Shown: positions 1-14,121, numbered from the stretch's first letter. The stretch is DNA of 64,000 nt from Tubulanus polymorphus (GCF_964204645.1 NC_134028.1:9424001-9488000); one strand, 5' to 3'. Translations and numbers: made by a program. Notes: generated by a model from the letters alone, not told the origin.

Positions 1-672
1 GAATCCCCGGTGACCGCTTTAATGATGCAGACTCGCGAACTTGAGCAGAATTAATTTCGAACAGTTTGCGGGTCCCACCGGACCCGGACGAGGCAGGTAA
101 ACGCGAGGCCATTCTACACTGATGTTTACCTGTTGGTGTACACTCAAGGCACGTACCGCGTCACGGGTCACGATGAAATTCCCACTCTAGATTTCAATAA
201 TATGAGTGTCGTAATTTCTAGTTGATTTATTGCTCTAGAATTCTTGCAATTCTTTGACAAAAAATAAACAATTAGTAGTTTAAAAATCTTCAAAATTTTC
301 CAAAGAAAAGTATATATCGATACATACGTCAGTTAATATGCACAGCATTAAGTTACATGGAGCTATCTGCCTTTTTGAAAGGTTAAGATTAAGCGTGAGT
401 CAGTCTATTTGAAATATAACTGACGTACAGCCTGTACAGCCTGACAAATCAATTTTTTGAGGTGTTTGTATTTTTAGTATTCAATTACATTGTTTCCCAT
501 GATCTGTCTAACATGTATTTTTCATGATTATTTCAATTCATCAAGAAAGAAATATTTCTTTGAAAATAAAGTTGATTATCACTATTATTACAAATGCTGC
601 AAGGTACCTGGTGTTTGGGTCTTGATAACGTTTATTTTTGATAACGAAAATTCCTATCCGAATTAGGGCACA

Positions 673-835
673 AGAACGCCAAAACGCGATAAAAACGTCG
701 AATTTTCTTTTAAAAATCCGTTTAGGCGCTGCAAAACAAATAAATGATTCACCCTTTTGATGGTGCGCCAAACGCATACGGCGTGCCAAAACGGATGATC
801 TAAAGAAAAACGACGTTTTTCCGTTTTGGCGTTCT
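673..835. mobile_element. Short MITE-like inverted-repeat element
   Basis: AGAACGCCAAAACG (673-686) and its reverse complement CGTTTTGGCGTTCT (822-835); internal GCCAAAACG-type submotifs; related sequence at ~23130-23310. Confidence 0.45.
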
Positions 836-3800
836 GGTGACCTCATTTGCATTTCAAAAATTGTACATTCACCACCCCAATAGTAAGTTCGGGGCATTTT
901 CATATCATCTCCCAGTTTCGATCGGTAACTTGTGTTTAGAATTATGGAAAATGTAGTTCTTTGATAAAACGGAGTGTCAGTGAACATGCTTTCTAGTTTT
1001 CTTTTTATTTTGTCATGCGTCTAGTTTTGTTGGCGCTTCAATAGTATGGCACTGTTGCTGTTGAAACGTCACTTGACAATTCATTGGGTAATTTTGAAAC
1101 CTATCGCGTTTGTATGAATCTATTTTGCTACTTTATGCATATCGAATTTCTAGAAGTTACGGTTTTGCATTCTTTTACATATACGTATTGGTGAATTGAA
1201 ATATTTGCTTACAACATATGCACTGAAATTCGGATCAGCGCACCACTCACGATGGGGTTCACGATTCACTCTCCATCCAACGGCATCACACTTAACCGCT
1301 GAAAATACCAACAGTTATATTTCAGTATTCAGCCTTAGTATCCGGTTTTCGTGGCTATTGTTATTGAGAACAGTAAAGGCGACGGTTTTCTATAGATAAG
1401 TAGGCTCTTTACAGCCACGCTGTACGTAGCATTTAGATGAATCCATTAAGTAATGGATCGGTATAGATGGATTTGACTGCTAGTCATTTCTCTCTTCCCC
1501 TGACTAATGGTCTTTCACGAGTTATTGTTGAAGTGACTTCACGACATGGCTTTAAACGTGCTACGAATACCTGGGCACTTTATCCTACTGACTAATTATC
1601 GAAATATACAAACAGTCAACAACACGCGCTTGACATTCTGAACGGCAATGCTGTTAATTGCCGTCAATGAGTTATAGAAATATATTAGTGATAGATTGGA
1701 AAATCGTTTCGATGTTGTGTTATAATAGCTACGCAGCTAGTCGCCAGTGCATGCAAATTATGGAGGCAGTGTGTCCCCGATCGTTGGATAGGAAAAATCG
1801 ACAGTGTGCAGAAAAAAAATTCAGATGAAATCTCCACCAAAAAGACTTTAACTCCATTTTTTGGATCATATATATACATATATGATATATCCTTTTTAGA
1901 AGTAGTAGAAGTCTTTCAAGTTGTTGCTTTTTACATGGTTGAATCCGTTGAATCGACGCAATCAGTGTAATAGCGTAAAATGTGCTCCACTTGTCATCAA
2001 AGATCGGACCATTTCAACCTTCGTATTTCCATCAGCGAATTAATTATTACCGGCGCAGAGGTTTCTCATTAACTAATGTTCATTGTCGATTGAATACCAA
2101 TTACACGTACGTACGCAAGAGCGAATTTCGGGAAAACCGTAATTGCGGTCTGGTCGGTCACGGGACTACGAGAATCTGGTAGGTAGATACGATTTTAAGA
2201 AAATTATTCTTGCATCGAGTTCCGAAACATATTCGAAGGTGGCGCTTCGCGGACGGACGGCGCGTTATTCAAATGCTTGGGTGGAACTCGGCGAAATTGG
2301 TAAATACCACCTCACACCGATAAGAGATGAGCAGGGGCCGAACTAGCTTTACGGAAAAAGGGGTGCCCTTTCCCCTTGTTTCGCCACTGAATTGAAGACA
2401 TCTACCTAGTAATTATTTCAATGTTATTGAATAGGAAGGATCCAAAACAGTGATCGTAAATTACATTTATTTCATCGTAACTTTGTACGAAGTGCAATAT
2501 ATAAATATCGTTAGCCCTATAGATACAATGTAATGACAATATATAACTGTACATGGTGGAGGGTCAAACGTTGGTTTCAGGAATTCACATAGTTAAGACC
2601 AGTTTTATGATTTAATACCCCTTTTGGACTTGACTGCACAACCAGCCCCAGTGGTAAGCGCTGTGGTCTTAGAAATGTTTTTTTTCTGGACATTCAAACA
2701 AACGTGATACTTTGAAAAAGTGATATTCATTTCCGATTACATTTCCATTTAACAATATCGTTTCGTTTTGTGTGGTGTATTACTATTCCTACGTACAAGT
2801 TTTAGTCGGTAGTTTGTGATTTACTAAACCAGCACATCCATCGCAACGGAAAAAGGTCATGCAAATATAGATCAAACATAAGTTCAGTTTTGATTACAGA
2901 ATATGTGAGTCCATTTGAACTGTTACGGCAATCAGCATTTATAGATATGTTGCAATATGGAAAGACTGACAGGAATAAGGATGCCTTTATCGCTCTGTGT
3001 CGATTCATACTCGGACTCTGCAGTTTTAAGTTCAAGTACCACTCGATCGATCGCGTAATCGAAAAAAAAGTCGTCACCGAAAATTTTCTCCGCCGCGCAT
3101 TGTTACTCGCGCGTTGGTGATATCTGGAGAGTGGCTGTAGAACAATCATCGGGAAAATCATCGAACAACGATAAAACAATAAAGGTCGGAATTTTGTTTC
3201 TAATGACGAGTTCCGCGGCGATGACGCAATAAGCGATGAAAAGCAGGTTCCGATTTTCTTCGGCAGGAATTCATCATTGGACGATGAGCCTCTCGTTCGT
3301 ACATGTATACTACGTGCGTTTATATCTCCTACTTTGAATTGCTCGACTGAAAGAATACCCACGTGATCGAGTGCGATGTGATGCTTGTCGTACAAGGACA
3401 ATGATATTTTTCATCTTTTGGTATTAGTTGAGCCATAGTGTGAATTTCACAGCGTGTGCACATTTTAAAGAATCGAAATTTCGAGTTTCCAGTTCAGTTA
3501 CTCATAATTTGGAGTTACGAAGTCACAATTTCAACTTATAGAGCCACTTTCGAGCTATAAAACTTCTAATTGTTCACTTGAAATTTCATCATTCAGTGTG
3601 TTTAAATTATTGACGACAATTAATGAAAGGATATGAGTAAAATAATATGAAGGATCAATAAAGTTATTTTGAATTTGAATATAATACCAATAATTAAATT
3701 GAATTGACCGGCAACCAGTCTAGCCTGATGATGTAGTGCATTTCTTCTCAAAACTTGATTATCAAAAAGACATGGTAATTTACAAGATAGCAAATAAGAG

Positions 3801-4560
3801 TCGTGAAATATTCATATTTACATGATTAATACCAAAATGCATAATTCTAATGATACGTTGAAACGTCAATATTGATGACGCAGTGCACATCGACTCACGC
3901 GTTACCCCTTTAATTACGTAGTAAAGTTAAAAGTTATCAATGTTTAAAACATTATTGTAACAGTCTTTGTGGCGTAAAAATTTGAGTGTTGAAAGGAAAG
4001 CTAGAAAATACATCACCAACCCTTATCCACGTTACGGCTGGGCTTATATCATTATTTTGACGTGTAGCCAAATATCAGCGTGTGACTGATAATCGAGAGA
4101 AAGATAGCGGAGATAAAGCGATAAACATCAGGAGTTGAATCATTATTCGCTCTATGGCCACAACAGGGGAATAAAATATTTGTCACTGATGTTGAACAGG
4201 ATAGACAATGTCTAAGTACGGAATTAATAAATGTGTCCCCGCAGTGCCTAAAGTTTTGTCAATTATTGACGTGTCGGTGATCTATCTTGTGATGACGTAG
4301 CTCATATACGTGGATGATTTTGCTGAGTCGTCGCGTTGTCCCCGGGGTGTGACGAGGCTTACGGCGTGAAGACAATGCGGTAGAAACGCATCACGCACAC
4401 GCGCTTCGCTGTTTGCGTGTCGAATTGTTTCATCGAAAACGAAAACAAAACTCATTCATTATCGTATTTTCCGTACGGGTCGATACTTTCCCTCGAATTA
4501 CGCTCAGGAGTCGGTCCACGCGGGTGCGAATTAAATAACGGGGTAACCGCGCCGCTACTA

Positions 4561-4735
4561 TGGCAATCGAGGATTCCGCGTATGGCAGGCGAGGATCCAC
4601 GAGGTTCGCTGCGGTCTTCCGCGTTTGATTTCGTCTACGTTTCAATTTAAACTGAATCGACTATTTCTTGTAATGAAAACAATACCGATATCTTAGTAGG
4701 AAAATGAATTTTTCGTATATTTGTAGGGTTCGTGG
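4561..4735 (+). repeat. Interspersed repeat family A, copy 1 (SINE-like, non-coding)
   Basis: TGGCAATCGAGGATTCCGCGTATGGCAGGCGAGGATCCAC...TTTCAATTTAAACTGAAT aligns by eye with 29836-30015 (+) and 14122-14233 (-). Confidence 0.75.
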
Positions 4736-5012
4736 AAATGTATGGATTCGGTAGCCTAAAATTTCAGTTCAAAGTTCATTGAAAACGAACTAATTTTGAC
4801 AACGTAAGACCTAGTGGTCGTAACGCCATCTAGCGGGATAGCGGGTGTTGCAGATTCCCCATTGAGATATATTTAGAAGTTTTACACGTTATCAAAGTCT
4901 TATCATGTATACCAGATCATACCTTGATACGAAGTTACGATTGACGTGGATCTTTATAACTTCTAATATTAATATTAATATCACTAGTATTCACCTTTTT
5001 CTTCTTTTTCAG

Positions 5013-5171
5013 CTTGGCGTTACGTTGTGTTTGAAACTTACACGAAGGACAGCGTCTACGCTTAATAACCCAGCGTTAACCCTGCGGATTTCTAAAGACA
5101 AAGGAAAAACTTGGCGTCGTCTTGTCGCTGCTGCACAGTCGGCAAAGCACGTACAGACGAATTTAGCCTGA
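5013..5171 (+). other. Candidate exon or exon fossil encoding an Asp-box-like motif
   Basis: Strong acceptor CTTTTTCTTCTTTTTCAG ends at 5012; the frame reads LGVTLCLKL...LRISKDKGKTWRRL...NLA* and contains S-x-D-x-G-x-T-W. Confidence 0.25.
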
Positions 5172-6400
5172 GGGCTTCCCGTTAAACGTAAAGCCGGCAA
5201 AGCACCAGTAAAAGTAAAGCCTTCAGATGAACTACGTCGGTTACCTACAATTCCTTCTTCCGGCTCTTTGGTCATGGAAATAATCATTAGTCCAAAGACT
5301 ATAAAGTTAGATAATGATTGTTTCAGCTTGTTTTATAAGTAGGCCAATGCTGACGGTCATGATAGATTTGTAAATCAATAAATTTTCCAAAAATTTAACA
5401 CAGTTTTGTCGGCATTCCGCGAGGAATGTTCCTCTTAACCTAATGGTCTCTAAACTATGATTTTCTAGATGGGTGCACTGAAAGAAATGACAATTTCCCT
5501 GCGAGATTTTCAAACATTTAGGCAAAGTTAAGTCAAAATACTCGCATGCATACATTTATTTGCAGGTTCGAAAGCTTCAAATACGAAAGGTCCATCCATT
5601 CAGATTCGAAAGAATGACGAAGATGGCGAAGTGTGGTGGACCTTATTGTCGCTATACTTGCGTCAGCGGCAGCAAACGAAAGGGATATTTGATGGACGAA
5701 TGATTCACAGCCGGGCGAAACAAATTGCTAATTCTTGCTAAGTCTTCGGTTATTGTTATATGGGGTGTAATCCCTGGTGGGTATTAATCTGAACCACGTG
5801 ACTACGTGCGGTATATGACAGTCATCTGCACTAGACGTTAATGACCATCACGCATCACGCGTACTCTTCACTCTCCGCCTTCGCGCTTGTATCCCAAGGC
5901 TCTTTCTTTCCCCGTATATTGTAGCAGATTTTAAAGATTCACGCTGCGATGGAGATTCGGGTGTACCTCGTTCGTATATTTTTCTCGAGTGCTACAGTTG
6001 AATGACTTCCCGGTTGTGTTGTATGTACGTATCACAATCTGAGTGCATGAATCACTTCGCCTGGAATGAACGCCATCTTCTCGAATAACGGGGATAGGCT
6101 CTGTATCTAAACAAAAAGAAACCAGCAAAATATACCGTTTTAATGTTAGGTAACCGCTAAACGCCCAATCACCGTATGTTTGTTGGACTTTCGCCGAATC
6201 TCGGTATTTTCAGACTAAGCTACGGACTTGTACTGTGCTGACTATTTCGAGTATTAGTGAGGAAATATCAAACAGAAAGTGGCAGTAATATCGCTCAAAA
6301 ACTAATCGGTCTAAGCAGAACTAAACTGAATATGCAAGACCTATGTTATCTATGAGCAAAATCGTCAGTTTTCCAAACCAATGTAAACTGTTTTATTCAG

Positions 6401-6573
6401 TACGGAAGAGCATTGCAGCTATACGATTTTTTTTCTAAGTCGACATTTCGCCTTTTAAACTCAAAATTTCAAGTTAAAAAGTTGAAATTTCGACTCAGTA
6501 AATCGAAATGTCGAGTTTAAAAGTCAGAATTTTGACTTAGAAAAAAATCATATGGCCACAATGCTCTTTTGTA
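6401..6573. mobile_element. MITE with TAY..RTA termini (IS3EU-like, non-autonomous)
   Basis: Left TACGGAAGAGCATTGCAGCTATACGATTTTTTTTCTAAGTC mirrors right GACTTAGAAAAAAATCATATGGCCACAATGCTCTTTTGTA; internal AAATTTCGAC-type repeats; flanks ATTCAG / ATCTCAAG are only a degenerate TSD. Confidence 0.65.
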
Positions 6574-7433
6574 ATCTCAAGAGTAAATTTGGAAAACGTT
6601 ATTTTTTGTTAGGATGTGTATTTCTGATTATCTGTCATACAAGTGTAGTGCTCACTTTGATAAAGAAGAATAAACTTATTTATAATGAAAAGTGCCAAGG
6701 ACAGCAAATAGAGGAAATTTCCATTGATTAACGACAAGAGACATGTTATCTCAGAGAAAATAATTTTGATTAAATCAAAACGTTAAACGATTTTATTTCG
6801 AGACATCGATTCTGAATTGATTAAAAACGTATTCTTTATCCGATGTCTCCATGACGAATCGTTAGTAAAGTGCATAGAAAACAGGTGTACGAATATAGTT
6901 TTGATAATCCGGACGGGATTAAGTCATTGTCATGGTGTCATTTCCTCAGTGCTGCTCGATTAAGTCAGACGGCTAGCTTATGTCGGGATACGGCGCTACG
7001 GATAAAAAATGTAACTGGCGAGAACCTAGCGGTCTACGGTATACCGCCAGTTGCCGTCATACTCGCCCGGCAAGTCGGTTTGCACGACGCAAGCCGACGC
7101 CTACCGAGTCGCATCCCGCAAGTTGTCAATGCTCTACCCTGGCTTACCGCTCGCTCCCTGCCAGTTGCTTTCGAGGGCGAAACCGACCTGAGCTCGGCTA
7201 AGACGTAGCGGAAATGATCGTGAGGATTCTAGCTGATCGGAGATGCACATGTACACATTACACTAAGCCTTCTTGTAGTTATATCAGTGAATTTTTAAAA
7301 GATTAAAACATAGATAAGAATTTAGACTAAGAACAAATAGAAATATGAAAGATCGTCGAGCTTATGGAGTGCTACCCCAGAAAGGTTTTGAAAATCGAAT
7401 ATTGGGAACGCCAGATGGTGCAAGAAAACACCG

Positions 7434-7551
7434 GGGCCGATTTTACAGACGGGTATTATATATCTCTAACCCTGGGGTTAACAAATGAATTTGAAAATGA
7501 ATTGAGTTAGCCCCCGGGTTGAAATTAATACCCGTCTATCATACTAGGCCC
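7434..7551. mobile_element. Palindromic MITE with GGGCC..GGCCC ends (PIF/Harbinger-like)
   Basis: GGGCC...AGACGGGTATTA mirrors TAATACCCGTCT...GGCCC; internal AACCCTGGGGTTAAC / GTTAGCCCCCGGGTT symmetry. Confidence 0.55.
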
Positions 7552-8951
7552 TATGGCTATTTGTAGTGAGAATCAGTTCATTTTCAACTTGATCTTTAGG
7601 CTTCCAAATCCTAAAATTATCAAACGAGTCATCGGATAGATGTAAGATATGCTTTTTCTCACTCGGTGTATGGTATTGATTTCACTGAAAATTGATTTAC
7701 TAATCGGAATTTTACTCGAATTTAATTGAAATGTAGACGAAATTGAAGCGCGGTAACCCAGTGCCAGTAGCGATCCTGGTGGATTATAACCGAATCCTCG
7801 TTTCTCTCGGTAGCCTTGTCGAGATGTTTGAGGTTTCCTTGCATATTTGGGTGGAAACGAGAGAAAACTGTCTTATTTTTCCTGCAATTTGGTCTCTCAA
7901 GTATAGATTTTAAAGCATATCCTGAACATGAACTCAAATCGTTTTCCTTAAATCGATGCCAAAATTTCCTCATAGGCCTTCTTCATGAGGGTGGGCCTTC
8001 GTGGGCCTTCTATTTTCAAACTGATGTTATGGGCCATTTGCTCATGAGTTGGTTTAATCAAAACTGCATCGTTGCAAATAACATTTATTCAACCAACTTT
8101 TGAGAAACGTATTCTTGGTTCCAACGGGATATGCGTTAAGTGTCACCGTCAGATGAACCTAAACCTGAAATTTAGTTTCAGGTGGTTGGAGTGTGATTAA
8201 ATACGATTTTATCCTGCCGGCTCACTTAGCGAAAAGGGTATTAAGGATGTTCGCATAAAACTATTTTCTCAAGATACTTTGCATTAATCTAAGCTGTAAA
8301 CTGAGGAGCAGACAGTTGAATAACCACCAGCTGCAGTTTCAATTACACCCAATTCAATTTATATCACACAATATTCAATTACCATTAATCTTAACGAAGT
8401 GGAATTTAATGCCTGTTGACAATGCAACAGTATGGAGAATGTTCAAAAGCATCCATCCATCGAATCCTCTGCTCTATCACGACGTATATTATGGTGGAGC
8501 CAAATAATCAGTATTTGTATTATCAAAATTGACCATTTCATAACCTTTATTTTCACTACTTATTTGTCCAAATATTGTCTTGTATTACTGAATATTCTAG
8601 CATCAAAATCTAAAATGTGCCTTATTACATCCAACGGAATGCAACTTAGAGTGCGATAGGCCTACCTTGAAGTGGTTAACGATCGTGAAATAGAATTTTA
8701 TCAATTTGGATAATATAGGTAATAGAACAATATATTGAATTAATTACTTGTTTCAGATTTTGCTTTCTTAGTTCTATCAAATTAGTTCTAAGTCCATGGT
8801 TCTATAAAGTCCTTATACCTACAGTCTTAAACCCACCAACCTCTACCCTTCGTTTTTCGAATGTTCTTCTCCGTTTTCTCCCTATAGTTGGGAAAAAGAA
8901 ACATCGAACCCGCTAATAATGCCCTGGTACAATGAAATTTGATCAAACACG

Positions 8952-9975
8952 CATCACATTAGTTATAAAAAAGAGAAAATTGACCAAACAATGCAGGACA
9001 AAAATACCCGAACAAAATGGCGATTAGCAACTGTAAAATGGTTTATTGAAAGATGCATTTTGAAAATAGGACAAAAATTCCAAAACTAAGTGGCTTGATG
9101 GTTTTAAGAAATGGTATGAAAAAATGACAAAAATGACCTCTTCCCTCGCTATTGCAATGTGGCGTCTAGGCGATGACTTTCTGAAAGTGAGAAGTGGTAA
9201 GAAAATGAATAATTTTGCCATTAGTAAAACAATGAATAAATGTGTAAATTGGCCATAAGCGATTTAGAAAATGTTTAAGTGTTGAATGTCCTCGAGCAGA
9301 TGAGTCCACAGGCAAATCGATACCACCACCGATAACAGAATCCATCTCACCGACATTTTCTCACGATTAGTCGAATTGGATATTCTAGAAGTTTTATTTC
9401 CTTACAGCATAATCAGATCCGCGAACAATACGCGCCAGTACCGAACGAGTATCTGTATCGTTTTCCTAAGTTAATGGAACTATGCAACCGTGACAGCCAC
9501 ACGAGTGTCATACTCCGTCACTTTATTGTCTACCGTGAATAAAGACATTCATAATTACCTCTTAGCCTCAGTCATTGATAGACAATCTAATTTTACACTC
9601 GATAGTTTCCTATTCGCATCGGTTTCGCCGTGAACACTGAAGGCCTCGGTGTAATTAATGATACTCGAAGAAGATGCGGTCGTTTTTCTCAGCAGATAAT
9701 TCGCTCAAATATCCGTGAAGTAACGCGTTTTCGTTTTCACGTTTTAACCAACGATGATTCGGGTGGATTTTGAATGCCGTCAAAATTATTCAGAATGCAC
9801 TATTCATCCACCATTGACATATGATTAAACTTGCATCATAAATAGCTTTTTAAAGAGAGAAACAATTACCTAACAATGCAGAGCAAACGTACGCTAACAA
9901 AATCGCGGTTAGCAACTAAGAATGGTTTATTGATAGATTTATTTTGAAAATAGGATAACAATTCCAAACCCCAAA
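8952..9975 (+). repeat. Pair of diverged ~135-bp direct repeats (8952-9090 and 9835-9975)
   Basis: AACAATGCAG...TTAGCAACT...AATGGTTTATTGA.AGAT..ATTTTGAAAATAGGA...AATTCCAAA occurs twice, about 885 bp apart. Confidence 0.7.
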
Positions 9976-12542
9976 TGAACAATACCACCCTTATTCTGAA
10001 TGACCATCATCAAGACGTTTATACAAAAATTGAAGTTAAGTCGGTGACTTCTATCAAAAATATAGAGGTATATACATGCATATGCTTAGCCATCGGACAT
10101 GCCATACTATGGCATTAAACCATTTTGCTTACATAAATATTTAGAATTTGAGGGGTTGTTGCTTGATTCTATAGTGAAGTGAAATCTCCCGATTCGTCAT
10201 AACAATGAATAACATATCCGTGGTATCAAGTGGGCACCGGAAGATGGCATGGGTTCTGGCTACTTATCCTGAACCGTACGGTGGAAAGAGTCGCCATGGC
10301 AGCGTCCAGTTCTCCACAAGATTCGGTACTACGTATACGGCCAACGAGCAGATTTATCAGACAAACCAGCTCGATACGTAAGATCTCAAAAGTCAATCGG
10401 AAAATACCGATTCGTTGATGAACGTTGAGACAAAAATCAATAGTGATCAGCAACAGGAGGGAAATACGAGCGAGGAGTCAGTGAAGCGATGTCGCAATGA
10501 AGGCACTCGCCAAGACGCCAGAACGGATAAATAGAAAGGCTCAACAGTCGATTGGAAACTAGGCGTCAGACTCGATAAGAAGGATGAAAGAATTCTGAAC
10601 AGTTAATTAGACCAGTAATGATGAAGGCATAGTTAGTATTGACCAGCTGAGCACCATGTACGTCGTCTGTAGATCAATAGTGAATAAGGACGTTTGATGC
10701 GATAACTCATCGAGTCATTGACTTCAGCTGATTCAGTTTGAAGTCACCCACGCCGTATAAAATATATTTACGTATATGCCAGCGGTAAAGATCCGAATAC
10801 GAGACATCAAAGTGTAAAAACGAATGTATTACGGAAAAAGTTGCAATGTTAACGATGATAATATTGAGAGCAGGAAGAAATATGAAATCGGTGACTTATC
10901 TCAAAATACAGGCGATACTGGATAAAAGGTGTATAAGAAAGGCATTAATACCACACTTCAGGGCCGTATTTAGCAGCCCCCCCCCCCCCACAAACTTTGA
11001 AAGAAGGTGCCCATTTTGCAAATATTATTGTTTTGTCCTATACAACCGCCCTTTTGCGGTATCTCTGACCCCCGCCCCCTCCATAAGAAGAAAAAGAAAA
11101 TCCAAATGCTAGGTGCGTACTGCCCTGCACTAAGCCATGAAGTACACTTCATGTATTTTGTATCACTGATTTTAATCTCCTATCCTTCAAACCATCTGTT
11201 TTTCTCCTAATCGCTGTAATTTTCAAGATGATATATGTAGCCACTACTATGGAGGGGGTCCCATCATTTTAGTTGGAACAGCCTGTAGTCGGTTTTATAT
11301 ATATTTCCTTAAAGTCTTCACGTTATATCTAATTTTTTTTTAATCAATAAATGTTTGATCTTAAAGTTAAATGTAAAATCTGTTGGTTCGTGTTGTCTAG
11401 TTTTCATAACAGGCATTTGCTGGATTTAGTTCACAAGTTTAAACATATTCAAGTTTTATGAGGTCGCTGGCTCATGTAGCCTTGGTGCTAATTATTATGA
11501 GATGTGAATTTTGACACGTATTTGCTGATGCAATTTTTACCGGAAGCTATGGGGTTCACAAGAATTTCAATTATTTTAATCATATAAAGAATTCATTTTT
11601 CTTAAATGAAGATGAATATTAGGATTTCACAATTATGTGGCGGGAGTTAAATACATTAGTCTTGTTTTGGGTAAGTTCTTTTTCACCATTTTAGGGGATA
11701 AACTATCTAATTTTTTGACTTGAATAGATCTTTGAGAGATTATTTTTAAGGGAGCCCCTGCAGGAAGTTGGGCGTGGATAGTTTGGAGAGAGAAGGGACG
11801 CTTTTGAGATTTCGAGATAGGAGGAAGCTCAACTCGAGCTCTCCTGCAATTTTTGAGTTTTTACAACTAGTAAAACTTGATACGTAATTTATATAAGAAA
11901 TCTTTTGTGGCAGTTGTCATAATCGTCACAAACTTTTTTACTGTTGGAGAACTTCTAACGGGATTGAATTTTAATCATTACGGAGTTGTGTTCGTGATTC
12001 GAAAGTGATTCGGAAGGACACTTAATATTAGTGGTAGTTAAAGTTTAACGGCCACAGGAGTTTTACCAGCTTGGTGATAAAAAACATTGTTAAGTAAAAC
12101 TGTTTTTTTCCGCGTACCAATCTCCGCGTACCACCAGTGGACTTTCATCATCAGTGATATTTGCGTGACGTGCAAATTATAATTTCGACAGATACGACGC
12201 ATTCAGCAAACGTTTAAAAATTTTGGAACCACAAATCAGCAATTACTACAGATTTTTGACAGCAACAGGAACCACAGCGAACTATTTCGGGAGCAGCGCA
12301 GCGAACAATTTCGAGGAGCGGCAGAGCGATCTTTTTGGAGCGACGCTAAGTTAAAATTTATAAACTTTTGAAGAAAAAGAACTTTAATTGATCATTGACT
12401 TACATCTAAGCTAATTTAATTTGATTTGATTTTTATTTTTCTGATCTAAGTTTCGTAAAAAGGGCCCTGTTTATTTTCATTTTTTTCTAAGTACTTTAGT
12501 TATTTTGTTTTTGAATTATTATCTTAATGAATTACTTATCTT

Positions 12543-12647
<105 letters not shown>

Positions 12648-13420
12648 CTACGAATTACTGGTTTTTTTTATTTGCTGTTCTGGACTCATGCCCGCACGGT
12701 GGCATAGTTTTTATTTTAGGCAAGTGCGGTTACATATAGCGATTAGCCTATCGTCGTTACAGTACAAGTACAGGTCCTTTTGTTATACGTAAATGAAGAT
12801 TTATTTTTTAGGCAATTGTTGACCTCATACTCGAAACAATTTCTAAGAAGACATCCAGAAGTTACCTCATACAATGTGCAGCCTGGTTCTGTTTGATTAT
12901 CACATAATCAAAGACTGCCTCAACATTCACTTGACTCATGCCGGATTTCTTTCAACACACTTCATACACCGAAGAAGAAAGACTTTGTTTTTCTGTTTTC
13001 GCTTCCTAATGAGAGTGTTATCACGCGTTGACACCTGTAACTAGAAAGAAACTGACTCATTCCCGTCGTAGACGCGACCTTAAGATTCCATTACTGAACA
13101 TTTCCTCGATCCTCTCGTTCACGCCGTGCATATCATCCGTTATGACAGACAATACGTCACGGATACTGCATGTTCACTAACTGTATCACAACAATTTTTG
13201 TGGTGACTCATTATCCCTTCTTAGCCGCGGAAAAGTAGCCTTCCGTAAAACAAATGCATCTTCGAAGACAAATCTATTTGAAATTTTCCAGCTAAGTGTT
13301 TATGAATCCATTTGATATCTGAACAGTAGGTTTGCTGTGCTTGATAGGCCTATTAGATTACCTATTGGACTGACTACAGTGTATAGGTTTGGTGAACGTT
13401 TCGGGCTATACTAAAAAGAG

Positions 13421-13602
13421 TTCTGTACCTAGAGGCACGTTGAATAGTCTTTTCATTAACCCATTTTCTTTTCACGCGAGAAAATTCAAAACTTTTGGAT
13501 TGCTCGCGCGCGAGAATTCAAAACGTTTGGTTTTCTCACGCGAGACAACAAAAAATGGGTTATCGTAAACATTTTCCTTATCGTGTCTCTAGCCGTACAG
13601 AA
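13421..13602. mobile_element. MITE with a CCGTA-type end
   Basis: TTCTGTACCTAGAGGCACG mirrors CGTGTCTCTAGCCGTACAGAA; inner AACCCATTTT / AAAATGGGTT; CGCGAGA submotifs; a similar right end (GCCTCTGGCCGTA) lies at ~39170-39236. Confidence 0.55.
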
Positions 13603-14121
13603 AAATCGTGTGTGGCCCAAACTAGCCAGATTGATTTTGATTATGTTAGATCTTAATAATACAATACCGTACGGATTATTTTCAACCAATATAATGTTCA
13701 TATGAATCGTTCTATTCCAATCAAAAGGGGAAAGAGACACACTCGAGTCGTAATCGTAAATTGTAATTTTTCTTTTTAATTTCTAGATTTGAAGATACTA
13801 TATCACACAAACTTTTTAAGTATTCCCATAACATGAATTGTCAGGTATCTATTATATTCTACATACATATAGAACAATTACGAACATGTACATTGCAGTT
13901 CATCTTACGATTTGCGGCCAAATTTTCGATTTGCGATGCTTATGTTGTGTTTGATTCTGTAATAGAGACCCGCGAAACAAGTTCATTTTAAATGAACTTT
14001 GAATTGAATTTGTCATGCTCCTGAATCCATGTATTATGACAGAACCTACAGAATATACTATATATTCATTTTCTTACCAGATTATCTCAATATCATCAAT
14101 AAAACAATTATTAATGAACAA

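Noticed and set aside
541-987. 148-aa minus-strand ORF
   Set aside because: Runs through a MITE-like inverted repeat and has no recognisable motif.
2802-3401. 199-aa minus-strand ORF
   Set aside because: Non-ATG start, no recognisable domain and atypical composition; likely a chance ORF in a CpG-richer patch.
3722-3745. CTGATGA hammerhead core
   Set aside because: No stem II or GAAA follows; other isolated CTGANGA hits (e.g. ~58373) fail the same way.
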